The translations under genes and the position numbers were made by a program. This document shows, in pieces, positions 1 through 11,530 of a stretch of DNA of 64,000 bases; positions within the stretch are counted from its first letter, which is position 1; each line of letters starts with the position of its first letter. A model generated the notes under the pieces. It saw nothing but the letters and a program-made list of their open reading frames with translations, was not told the origin of the DNA and did not search any database. The DNA lies in contig DF236961.1 of NCBI GenBank assembly GCA_000708835.1, positions 378,332-442,331 on the forward strand, written 5' to 3'. The DNA is from Klebsormidium nitens (taxonomy: Eukaryota; Plantae; Klebsormidiophyceae).

Positions 1-407
1 TGACTCAAGCCAAATTGGTTGAAAAGGAAACATAGTCATGAGTTCGGATTTTGCGGCAGGCAACAAAGCTCATTCATGGATACAGGATCAAAGTTGCGGT
101 GTATGAACCACGTGAGACTCTGCGTCCCGTGAACTTGTCAAGAGTTACTGAATGCGACAAAGTACGAACCTCGATGAAGCGGACGGTTAACGAATTGATC
201 GAGTGACTTAGTGTCCCTCACCTGTCTAGTTCCTCGCCCATGCTCGTTGAGGATTTATACGAGAAGTATCTCTGCTTATAATGCACCGTCAAACCTCAGT
301 TGTCAAGCTCAAGAAAGTCGACCAAAACGACCGCTGATATTGGAGAGCTGTCAAGGCCATGTGCCATCTGGTACCAAGCTCAACTTGTCAACCGTCAAGC
401 CACGGAC

Positions 408-2071
408 CTGTTCTGGTTCGAAGGATCCGCTTCTCCTGAGCTGAGGTCGTCTGTCTCCTCGGGGCGGGCCTTGACCAGGTTCATAAGGGCTTCACTCCGC
501 TTGGCCAGCTTTAGATAGTGCTCAGAGATGCGCACCTGCACACGAGACGGGAAGCAAGGGTCAGATGAAGAATGCTCGAACCGTGAAAACTCTTGTCTGC
601 AGTGATTATCGTCAGGAAATGTCACAACCCTTTTGTGCACGGGAGTCGCTATGATTGATCATCAACGGTCTTCAGAAAGTCCGATCTTGTCCACGGGTGG
701 TTTCCATCTGTTTGCATGCGCAGCATAAACTATTCAATACGTTATTATTGCACATAGTGAAGTGACGCATTTGATAGTTATCAATTTCATGCAAAGCATA
801 TATGAGGGTGGCGTAACTTGTTGCCGTCAGTCTGATGCTGATGGTCAATATCAGTTGATCAGATTCCAAAAATATCCTGATACCAAAAGCCGAGACCTTT
901 GACGTCCTCAAAAATCTGCAGGTGGCTTAGGCTTTGTTGCACAGATCCTGCTCTTTTCTGCACATATATACAGTATCCGACTTGTGTGTTTTTAAACCAT
1001 CTCCACTTTGTGTATCCAATTTTTGTTTTTGGGAAGTATTAAGGACGAACAAAACCAAGGAAAGTGTTTAGATTTGCATGGATTGATCGTTCTGATTTGT
1101 GTCCGGCAGCATGGATCTGACCAGGTTCTAAACCTACTTGAACATGACGACTGAAGATAGGTATTCATAACCTTTGCCTGTTGATGCATATCCTCTCTTT
1201 CCTTGGCCTGATCTCTTCTTTCAGATCACACTAGTGTGCCTGGCTAGCAGAGATCAGGGGTATATGAAAATGTATCAGAGAACCTCTGCAACTCCTTGCC
1301 TTTGATGCCAATTGCCTGTGAGTATTTTGTCAAGGCCCCCTTGCAGCTACTGCATGGTCATGACCAAGTCTCTAACAAATGGAAGAAACCTGGTTTACCA
1401 CAGAGAGTACAGACTTCTCAGAGATCCGAAGAAGAAAGGGGACCCCCTGACTCTTCCTTCTTTCACAAACATGTTTTCACCTTCATGCGCTTCTCAACAT
1501 CGTGGGGGCTTCCCTGCAGTGCCGCCAGTGCTGCTAACTCCTCCTCAGAGTACACTTCCTTGAATGCATCTGGAACCTTCCCCTCAAAAAAGGGCTTGAG
1601 CCCCACGATCCCAGCCCCATTCAAACCTCCCCGATCAAAGCAGGACTCTTTGATTGCTGCCAGTCTGGGGTCATCTTGCGGGGGCAATGCTTTGGCATCT
1701 GTGCCCCTAAACAGCCTCTCTAGATCTAGAGGTGAGCTTGTCAGTTCCGCTTCAGGTGCTGCATCTAGTGTCAGTGTGCTTTGAGCTTCTGAGCTCCTCT
1801 CCCCGGCAGCCTGACACCGCGCTGATCTGTCTGGAGAGCGCCTTCTGAAGGGCACAGAACTGAGATTGCCTTTACTGGTGGTACTGGTAGGCGTGGTGGT
1901 GTTGCCACCAGAGTGCCGCAGCCTGAAGTTATCCAGATTGCCGCGGGAGAGTGGAATCGTCACACCCAACCTGCATTTTCCTGATGGCAAAGTACGCCCT
2001 GTATCAATGGAAGCGGCTGCTTGCAGGGAGCTCGACAGCAAACCAGGCCACTGCACAGCGGTGCAAGCCAT
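408..2071 (-). CDS. Multi-exon gene of unknown function with a probable chloroplast transit peptide (model partial; may continue below 408)
   Basis: ORF 2071-1463 begins with a Ser/Thr/Arg-rich, acid-poor segment (MACTAVQWPGLLSSSLQAAAS...RSARCQA) followed by an acidic globular-looking region (VYSEEELAALAALQG). Candidate donor AAG|GTGAAA at 1480. A further exon-like block 535-408 (VRISEHYLKLAKRSEALMNLVKARPEE) has a TGCAG acceptor. The intermediate exons are not resolved. Confidence 0.45.
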
Positions 2072-2454
2072 TTTGTCTGTAGCTCGTCCGATCCAGCCGC
2101 TGTCGATGTTGATCTTTGTGAGAGCCTGTTCATGAATGGAACTGAGTCACTTCTGGAGCAACAATCTACGTAGACTCTGACAAGAGATTCCCGAGAATTG
2201 TGTGGCTCGGATGAGAGAGCCCTACTACCTAACGCCGAACGCAGCAGCAACATGCTTCGAGTCCCTCCTTTCATTGCGACTCGGAGGCTAAGATTGTCGA
2301 CCGTTTACCTACTTCTTGCGCCTGGCATTTACAATGCAAGACCAGACATCTGCTGAGTGCTCCTTACCACCTGCCGACATTTGGAAAGCAGGGATGCTAG
2401 CGCAAAAGATTCCGACGGACTCGAGCAGCGGTAGACCAATGATGCCGCATAATA

Positions 2455-2843
2455 GGCCCCGGAACATGGAATATCGGAATACGGAATACCCATTTTTGGA
2501 AGCGGAAGAATCCGGAATACCCAGATTTGGGCCTTGGAATACTAGAATACAGAATACAGGGCTTTTCCGAGCACATACATGTTGTTGGACACAACATGTG
2601 GCCAACAACGGCAAAATACTTGACTTCGAAGTAAGAAGACTTTCAAAAGCATGCTTCGAACGGAAGAAGATTGTAAAAAAACTCACACGACAAGCGCACT
2701 CCTTACGTACCTTTCAAAATGTCAAAAGTCAAATTTGCGAAACGGAATACAGAATACTTGAGCACCCTGGAATACGGAATACTGCCTTTTTGAAACCTTG
2801 GAATACAGAATACTGGGGTTCAAGTATTCCATGTTCCGGGGCC
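2455..2843. mobile_element. MITE-like element with 19-bp perfect terminal inverted repeats
   Basis: GGCCCCGGAACATGGAATA (2455-2473) is the exact reverse complement of TATTCCATGTTCCGGGGCC (2825-2843). There are several internal GGAATAC(G/A)GAATAC repeats (2476, 2536, 2744, 2769, 2800). No clear target-site duplication is seen. Confidence 0.6.
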
Positions 2844-3708
2844 GAGCATAAGCGCAATCTGCTTATATGTACGTTCCTTTTCATGATGACACTGAATGAT
2901 TGGAGTGCTAATTATTTGGCTGGTACACATGGGCACATTTTTGTCGGCACAGGCTTCTGAGCCGTCGATTGACCAGAGCGCAACCACAAACCCTAAAAGT
3001 TCTATCCTGAACGAGGCCTTGTGGGTCGGATGTACACATATGTGCAACCGCGGCCACCTGGTCTTTTGCCCCGCTAAGAAAGCTGACATGGTGGTATTAG
3101 GGAACGGCGCAAGGCCTCGACAGGATGCAGATCTAAAGTGCTCCAACACTGTAACGATCTTGACGCGACTGAATGCTTAGCTAGATTTACATGCCCGTAG
3201 CGGGACTCCCAAGCAAATACAGTGTCAACGAAGCTACGTCAAGTGCAGCCACAATTCCGACTTTCTTGAAGTGCTCGTGAGGCTTGAGCCTTTCTGTCAG
3301 ACGGTTGCATGATCAGAGTCAGAGTCGGAGGTTGTCAGAGTTTCAAGTGCACACCTGGTGCGAGTTGTATCGCGTCAAGCAATATTTCAGCAGCGTGAGT
3401 TACTTGGTGCTTGTACTGACTTGCATAGCGCGGGCAGCGTTAAGTTCAGCAACGAGCACTCAGCACAGCATATGATTCAGGCGGAACAGAATCTGATAAC
3501 GGATTCTGACAGCTGCAATCCTCTGATCTTTTGGTTGGAGAAACTCTTCTTGAGGCTCTGCAGCTGCCAGTCCTTCCCTCGATTGCTTTCCTAAGCTCAA
3601 CCAAGTGGACTTCATGTTTTTGTAGAACGGCCCAATCCGTTCATTGAGATCAGGGACGCCGCCTTCCTTCGCGCCAAAGCATGGTCTTCTGGAAGTCTGG
3701 GGCAAAAG

Positions 3709-6700
3709 ATGGCCCCCTCACGCCGAGTTCCGCAGTTGAACATCGCAGGCATTGGGTCGCCAAGAGAAGCACCCCTTGAGAAATCTGAGGAAACCCTAGT
3801 CCCAATCAGGAACCCTATTTCTGATGTGGTCTCTCCTCAGCCTGCCACAGGATCTCACAACGAAAGCCATGCATTCTCCTCTGAGCAGCCAGTTGGGGTT
3901 GCTGCACAGCATGCGGGCTCGGTTATACATAAGAGCTCGCACGAGTGGAAGCTCCTCTCGCCACGCAGCCTCGCAGCTCTCCAATTCACGAACGAGTTGG
4001 ACAACATCCTCTCCAAGACTAACCTCAAGTCGGCGCCAAATTCGCCCCGGCAGGGGGGTGCGAATGGACCCGTGGGGAGACCCCATCCGGGCACCATACT
4101 GCGCAGCAAGAGCCAAATCATGGGCACGAACGCAGGCAGCGTTCCAACCCTCCTGGTCAACCAAATGCTTGTTGGGGGTTCCAAAGATAAGGAGAGCCAG
4201 TCTGCTGCGCCGAGTCCCAGGTTATCCAAACCGAGTTTCGCGCAGACCCCTCCGCACTCTCCAGGGGGTTTGTTCATCGAGCAATTGGGAGGGAGTCAAT
4301 TCCAGCAAGCCAGGTTGGGGGCGCCAGAGATCAGCCGGTTTGGGGCCGAGAGGTGGTTAGGCACTAACCCTGGTACTGACCAGCCCACTCCAGTCCCGGG
4401 GGAGTCAGCCCAGGCGGAGCCGATTATGCGGAACAAGGACATGGTTAAGAGGCTGCAGCTGGAGAAAGGAAGCGGCGCGCCACGGAAGCGAAGCAGCAAC
4501 GAGGGGAAGCTGCAAAATAGGCCGCCCGACAGAGCGTCAGGGGTTTGGAGGCTTGAGGATGCTGCCCCTCAGGAAAGCGCCAGCTTAGACGGCCTGGTGT
4601 CAAACTCCCTAGAGCTCGTGAAGAAGGAGAATGGCTTGGGGGCTTTGACACCAGGGAACGGGGTTGCGGAGGAGAGGAAAGTCAAGCGGGGGCCAATTCG
4701 AATCAGGGCGGTTAAGCTGCCAGAACAGAGGATTGTTGAGCAGGCGTCGTTAGGAGAGAGGGGAAAGGGGAGCCCAAGGGGGGACAGTATTGGGGGGCAG
4801 CTCAAACTGGAAATTGCTCCGGTAGAGACCCCCATCGAAGGTGAGGCTCGCCGAGGTGAAGGATTTCGTACACAAGCGCGTTTTTTACAAACCCGTAATG
4901 TTGAGGTCCGAGGTCACCGCAAAGGTTCTTCCTGAGGCCGTTTCTTGCACGCCCGGGCTGGGATCCATGTCGGCAGATGCTTTTGAGCAAGAAGCTAGGC
5001 GTTTGTTGAGATGCATGCACTTCTGACATTGGCAACTTGACTTTCTGAGTTTGTTCCGCCCTCAAAAAACAGCTTCGAAGCTTTTCAGAATTCATCAGCT
5101 GAGACAGTCTTCACCCCGATTGAGAAACGATGTCAGGGCTGCGGCAAAATGTTGCATGCCAGTCATGGCAAAGGTGAAGCGAGCAGATACTGCCGGCATT
5201 TCCATCTCTATCCTCATTTATCCGCCTTGACAAACGAAAGGTTACGTTTGGACCTCAAAAATCTATTGTCGTCCCACCTCGTTCTAGCTTCCCTGGTAGT
5301 TTATGTTCGCTCTTACCTGACAGAGCATCACCAATTCATATCGACTTTCTCAACTAATCTTCTCAAGTCTATGCTCGACCCTTTGCCACACAGTCTAAGC
5401 ACGACCTTCCCCACTATACCATCTTCGAACAGATCTGCCGTATGTGCCCCTATCATCCTTGCTTCTCGTCTCACCTTTGCCGCCGTCGATCCCATTTTGC
5501 AGCGAAACCGGAGCCCGAGTTTGTGATAACCTGGACGGGGGATCCCCCTCTCTTTCCCCAACCAAACCACGGCCGCGCCGCCACTCACGTCCCCCAACCC
5601 CTCTCCCTCCTCACCGCTCGCCAAGTGTCCGTCCTCAACCTCCCCGCTGACATCAGCAAGATGTCACCCAAGCACTCCCCCGGGGGGGGCAGCCCGCGCA
5701 CGCCGCCAGTCTCCTCCGACCCCCCCCCCGTGCCTGAAAAGCACTTTCCGATGGCGCCCCCCCAGCTCGGATCGCTCACTCAGCGGCTGTATGAAAAAGA
5801 TGACGTGCGGTTACTCCCCGGGTTTGGCGCTAACCACTGGGTAGTTTACGACCGGGAAAACCAGGCGGACCTCACGCCGTTCCCCACGTGGAAACCCCCC
5901 CGGAACGAGCCCCCGAAAAACGCGGAGCGCTCGCCCCGTGGGCCCACCCCCGGGTTCGAAAACGCGGTTAGCCCCCTAACCGGGGGGAAAACTAAAAGCG
6001 CGCTGCAGGTCGGTTTCGAAAACCTGAAAATTGGGGCGGATCTGAAAGGGATCCTTGAGGGTCTCGCGAGCGACGTGGCGCCTCTTCAGCCCGCCAGCCA
6101 CAACGCGCTAATCCGCGTGGTTAAGGAGACGGATTCCAGCGCAACTAGCAGCGGGAGGAATACGCCCCGGGCGGCGGACGTGTTGAGCTTCGAGTCGCGG
6201 TTCGAGACTGGGAACTTGCGAAAGGCGACGCTGGTTGAAGATAACGAGTACGATTTGATGTTGCAAACGGACGTCGGGATGTCGGGTCACACGCAGTGGT
6301 TCTACTTCGGCGTGCGGAACATGCGGCCCAAGACGAGGTGAGATATGGATGCGAAATGGCCGTTTGTTTTGACTGCAGTTCTCTTCATGAGTCTTATGAT
6401 GCCTTGGGTCGGCGAACAAAAGCACGGAGAGGATTTTGCTTCTTTGTTTAGCCATATCAGCCGCAAAGTGATCGAGGCAACATCTGCTTTAGAGTCCGAG
6501 GATCATCATTGAAACTTCTGAAAAGAATGGTGCTTCCAGACGAGGATTTGAAAAGTGTCCAACGAAGAATTGAAGGCTTCTTGTCCGGATTACGGTAAAG
6601 ATACAATTAACCCGAACCGGCCGGAACATCAAATTGGTGTTGGAACAGCTTTGTAACGAAAGCTGTCTTATCTTACCAGGCTCTCAATATGCTCCTCTCA

Positions 6701-9700
6701 AGGCTCACAGACAAAGAAAATTAAGAGTCCCGATTAAAGGCAAACCCATTCCCTGCGCAGGTACAAGTTCAACGTCCTTAACCTGCTCAAACCGAAGAGC
6801 CTTTTCCAAGAGGGGATGCGCATTCTCGCATACTCAGAGCGTCTGGCATCGACGATTAAGCAGGGGTGGTTTCGTACCGGGGACGAGATTGCGTACTTTC
6901 CGAACAAGGTTAAGAAGAAAGGGACGGGTTACTACACGCTAACCTTCGTGCTGGACCCGCCGTTTGCGGACGACACGCTCTACCTGGCGTACTGCTACCC
7001 GTATACGTATACGGATCTGCAAGCGTATCTGAAGGTGAGGATTCGAGAGACTGGTTGATACCGTCTCCTCTTTGCTGACATGGGATCAGTGCCGGTTCTT
7101 GTCGTGATGTTGAAACGCCGTCTGTAAGAAGCATTGGGTCGAGGGAGGCCTCAGCTTTGCTCGCAATCTTTGACATTGGTACCCAATAGCGGTGCAAGGG
7201 CCGCCTGGTGCTTGGAAAATGATCATGTCCACGACGAACTAAAATGTGGAGCTGTTGAGGAATGCGTAGCTTAAAATCGTTCGTACTTCCCGAACCGGCG
7301 CTTCGAAACCATAGTAGCAAATTTATGCTAGTATTCTGAAGCAAGAGCAAAGGAACGGGCCGTCCATGCTTAACCCGCGATTTTCTGTTTGCGACCGGTC
7401 AGATGGGCCTGTTTACTTTTGTGAGCCAGACAAAGTCAGAAGAGAAGAGACCGATCTCGTTAACCTGGATCCCATAACTTAACAGTTCGCTTTCGTCAGG
7501 TCTTGTGTTCAGAACCCGTCCGGTAGCTTTTCGTCGATACATCAACAGACGTTATGCTACCTGTATTCAAACAAGAGCAGAGGGACAGGATCTATGGATC
7601 AGAAAGCAAATCTCTCGACTTAAATTCTGAGAGCCAAGCAACCCTCTCCCGGCAGGCTTTGTGTTCCGATCCTGTCCGGTCGCCCTTCGTCGAACGGGAG
7701 CTCCTCTGTCGGACGCTGTCCGGAAACCGGTGCGATCTGCTGACCATCACCTCGCGTGGCGGGCAGGAAAAGGTGAGCCAATAGGTAGCCCCGAAACAAA
7801 ATATAGATCGTCCGTTAAAATAGAGTCACCCACAAGCGGTGCCGAGAAGTATCACTGTGCTCCTGCATCTTGCCTGAGCTTGCTTTTATCGATTTCCAGA
7901 AACTGCCTTTGGCTTCTTCGGACATTGGCCACCAGTCTCAGTCTCAAACGATACCTCTTGGATTATCTGAGCGTCGATCGCGCGTTTGCGAATTCCCGTC
8001 GGGTCAGAATGCTCAAGCGAGCGAAATTCGTGAAGCCTGGAGGAGTCGGCATTGAAATCCTGTCATATTCGGACGGCAAAGTTGGCGTGCCGCTTTTGTC
8101 CGCACGAAAAACTGATTGCCCGTTGCGCGCAAGCAGAATGTTCGACTTTGGACCGTCGTGGCAGCTGCAGGAAAAAGAAGCGCGTATAAAGCAAACCCGG
8201 TGTCTCCGTCTAACAAGCCCAGTGTGCTCAGACGCTTCCCACTTTATGTACTGATATCGGGTACTTTATTCAGTCACTAGTTGTTAGCATAGTAGCCTAC
8301 TATGCTTTTGAATTGCAGGGCCAGCTCAAAAAGCGCGCTCACAGCACATCCGGTGTGTCCATGAGACCAAGCCCAGTGGGCTCAGACGGTTTCCAGTTCT
8401 GGTAATCACTGATTTAATCACTCATGTCTCCCTTGTCTCCTTTGTTTGACCGTCTACTTTGCACTTGTGGTTGCAGGGCAAGCCCAAGAAGCGCGCGGTG
8501 GTCCTGTCCGCGCGCGTGCACCCGGGGGAGAGCAACGCGAGCTGGATGATGAAGGGCGCGCTCGACTTTCTCACCAGTGCGCGGCCCGAGGCGGAGAAAC
8601 TGCGCGAGACCACGATATTCAAGGTGAGACGATCGTGACAATTCTAAGATAGCCTCAACAGTCTTGGTCTGCAAACTCGCTTTCGACCTTCTCCTTGGGT
8701 TAACTCCAGGCGCAGTCAGCCGAGCTGCAGCTTTTCCAGGGTTTGATCTGGTCTTCGGTCAGAAAGATTGTTCCTAGAAAAGTTTGAAGTGGATCACGTC
8801 AAAGCTGTATTCAGAAACATGCGTTCCGAGGTTGCACTCGACGGCGAGGTATCGGAAAAGTGCTGGTGGCTCTCCATTGAGTCCAGATGCTCGGATGCCA
8901 AACCCTGCAGGTGCAATCTTCGTTTTATCGCCGATTTGCGCAGGAGGTTTTTGGAACAATGACAAGCCGTAAGGCCCCATTCTGGTGCGGCTCTGATCAA
9001 CATTCCGCCTACTCCGTTCCGTTCCGCCCAGATCGTTCCAATGCTGAACCCCGACGGCGTGATCAACGGCAACCACCGGTGCTCGCTCAAGCCACTAGTC
9101 TTTTCGAATCGCGTGATGAATCGATGCGGCTTGCTTTCCGACATACTCAAAATTCCGCTCATGCGTTCCCGTTGCGTTCCGTTCAGATCATTCCGATGCT
9201 GAACCCCGACGGCGTGATCAACGGCAATCACCGGTGCTCGCTCGCGCAAGTGGACCTGAACCGTCTTTACACCAGCCCGCTCCAAGAGCGCCACCCCACG
9301 GTGTGGCACATCAAGGAGATGGTGAAAAGGCTCCAGCAGGAGAGGGAGGTCATAGCGTATGTGGACCTGCACGGGCACTCAGCCAAGAAGAACGTGAGCC
9401 ATCCGCTTATTGTCTTGTACCCTTTTGTTAACTTAGAAGCTAAGCCCTTCTGTTTTCTGTGCCACTACTTCAAGCCACATCGTTGGGCCGCTGCTTCTGG
9501 CACCTGATGCTGCTTCTGGCACCTGATGCTGCTTCTTCTTATCGATTTGCGCATTTTGTCTCCGTGTCTCCGCAAACCCAGCTCTTCTTCGATGCATGCC
9601 TTTTGGTAATTCTTGGGCCACCGTCTGCGCGGACACCTTTAGACCCTGTGGTTTTTTGATGTCAAAGGCCCTCGTGTGTAGATGCACTCTAACTGTGAAT

Positions 9701-11530
9701 ACCTAGACGAACGAGGTACTCTTCTCCTTCCCAAGATCGGCCCATCATTCCGTAAAAGCGCCTTTCAATCTAAGAAGCTCTATAACCCCATTAATCCTCT
9801 GTGTGTCGTTCAATTTGCTTAGAAGTGTTTCTTCACGTGGAATATTCCAAAATTGGATACCCTAAAACCCTCAGTGGTCACTCCCCGACGCCTCGTCACC
9901 TTACTCCAATCCCTTCTGCAGATCTTCATGTACGGCTGCGAGAACAAGCACGCCCCCGCGGCCGCACCCGACGCCACCCCCGCGCCGCCGAGCTACGCGG
10001 CCGCGGCCGCGACCCGCCTCGCGGAGCGCGTCTTCCCATACCTAGTTTCCAAGGCGGCTCCGGACGCGTTCTCGTTTCCGGACTGCAATTTCCGCGTCCA
10101 AAAGTCCAAAGAGTCGACGGCGCGCGTCGTGGGCTGGCGCGAGTTTGGGCTGCTCAACTGCCTGACGCTCGAGGCGTCGTTTGCGGGGCCGTCGATCGGG
10201 CGCGTAGCAAACCACGTGAGTGCGACGCTAGTAGATTCACCATTTCCTTTCTGTGTTCGTCTGTTTCCTTCTAGTTTCATAGTGTTTCATTTCGAGTGCC
10301 TCGTTACTACTTGGGCTGCTCAACTGTCTGACGCTCGAGGCGTCGTTTGCGGGGCCGTCGATCGGGCGCGAAGCGAATCACGTAAGTGCACCCTTTTTAA
10401 ACTTTGCTTCCGCTTTCTCTTGTTCTCATGACACCCTTTATCTTTTTCTATGGTGTATTGAGCCGCGCCTTCACCATTTTTGCGCTCACTCCTCTGGTGA
10501 CTAGAATCTCGCTTTCCTTCGGGGGCAGTCCATCCTATTGCAGTCATCGCAAAATACCGGATTGACAAGCATGTTCAACATCGCATGGTCGCCAGGGCAA
10601 CGACGTTCTCGCTGCGTCCGTGAAGCTGACACACAGTCCCTAAGAGAAAGTCGGAATCGGATCCATTAATTTGGTATAGGGATTCCGTCCTTCTTCCCAC
10701 TTAGAACCGCACACTTTCAGTCCCACTCACACAAGGTCGATACTTTCTCGCAGCACTTTACCATGGCCGATCTGATGGACATGGGCGCCTCGCTCTGCCG
10801 CGCGCTCCTCGAATACTGCACGGTCGCCGAAACGCCTTCCCCCGAGCGGTCTCTCCCAGACATCCTCAAAGAGGTGGAGGCCGCCCAACCGGGCACTTCT
10901 CAGGGCGACCCAAACGGCTCCGACGAAGACTCCGAAGCCGGGAGCAGCGCGAGCGACGACGTTCCGCACGATTTGCGTCAGGGAAAGGGCGGCCTCGCGT
11001 GGGCGCTCGGCGGCCGCAAGAGCGCCAAAACCCCGGGGGTTCCGGCGGGCGACGGTGCGGCCGCGGCTGCGGCCGCGCGCGCGCCCGCGAAGCGGAAGAA
11101 GCGGCGGAAGAAGGCGCGGAAGGTGGACCTCGAGGAGATGGCACGCAAGATGGGGACGGCGAAAGTGCACAGCGAGATGGCCGCGAGCGTGTCGGCGATG
11201 CTCCAGGCGAAGGGCGGCCGCGGGGTGGTTTGCGAAACCCCGCATAAACCCGGGCGCTCGTCGTGGGCGCGGCCGTGGCCCGACGTCGCGCGGTTGTTGG
11301 GCGGCGAGGGGTTTGGGGTTTTAGACAAAGGGGCGTCGTTCCGGCGGCTTCCGGTGGAAGCCCCGATTGTGGACCTAGGAGTTGAGGGGTCGGTGATCAA
11401 ACGGGCACCCCGGAGAACTAGCAAGGGCAACATCCCGTTGCCCCGGTTGGAAAAGGGGACGTCGTTTAAACTGGCCCCCATGCGGGAGCCCCCGCCCGAC
11501 CTAGACTTGTCGTGGCTGCCGCCGCTTTGA
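3709..11530 (+). CDS. Cytosolic carboxypeptidase (M14 zinc peptidase, CCP/Nna1/AGBL family; tubulin deglutamylase type), about 1260 aa
   Basis: Phase-compatible exons 3709-4840, 5503-6337, 6761-7034, 7656-7772, 8477-8623, 9187-9393, 9922-10215, 10754-11530 total 3783 nt. Family motifs: [10 protein letters not shown] and HTQWFYF (CCP N-domain), ARVHPGE (Zn ligands), [18 protein letters not shown] (third Zn ligand), TLEASF (catalytic Glu). The paralog subtype is not assigned. Confidence 0.92.
9491..9536. repeat. 19-bp tandem repeat (about 2.4 copies) in a CCP intron
   Basis: CTGCTTCTGGCACCTGATG x2 plus a partial copy. Confidence 0.8.

Noticed and set aside
2316-2960. 214-aa ORF with RNTEY/WNTEY repeats
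   Set aside because: It arises from the GGAATAC repeats of the MITE-like element; there is no transposase motif.
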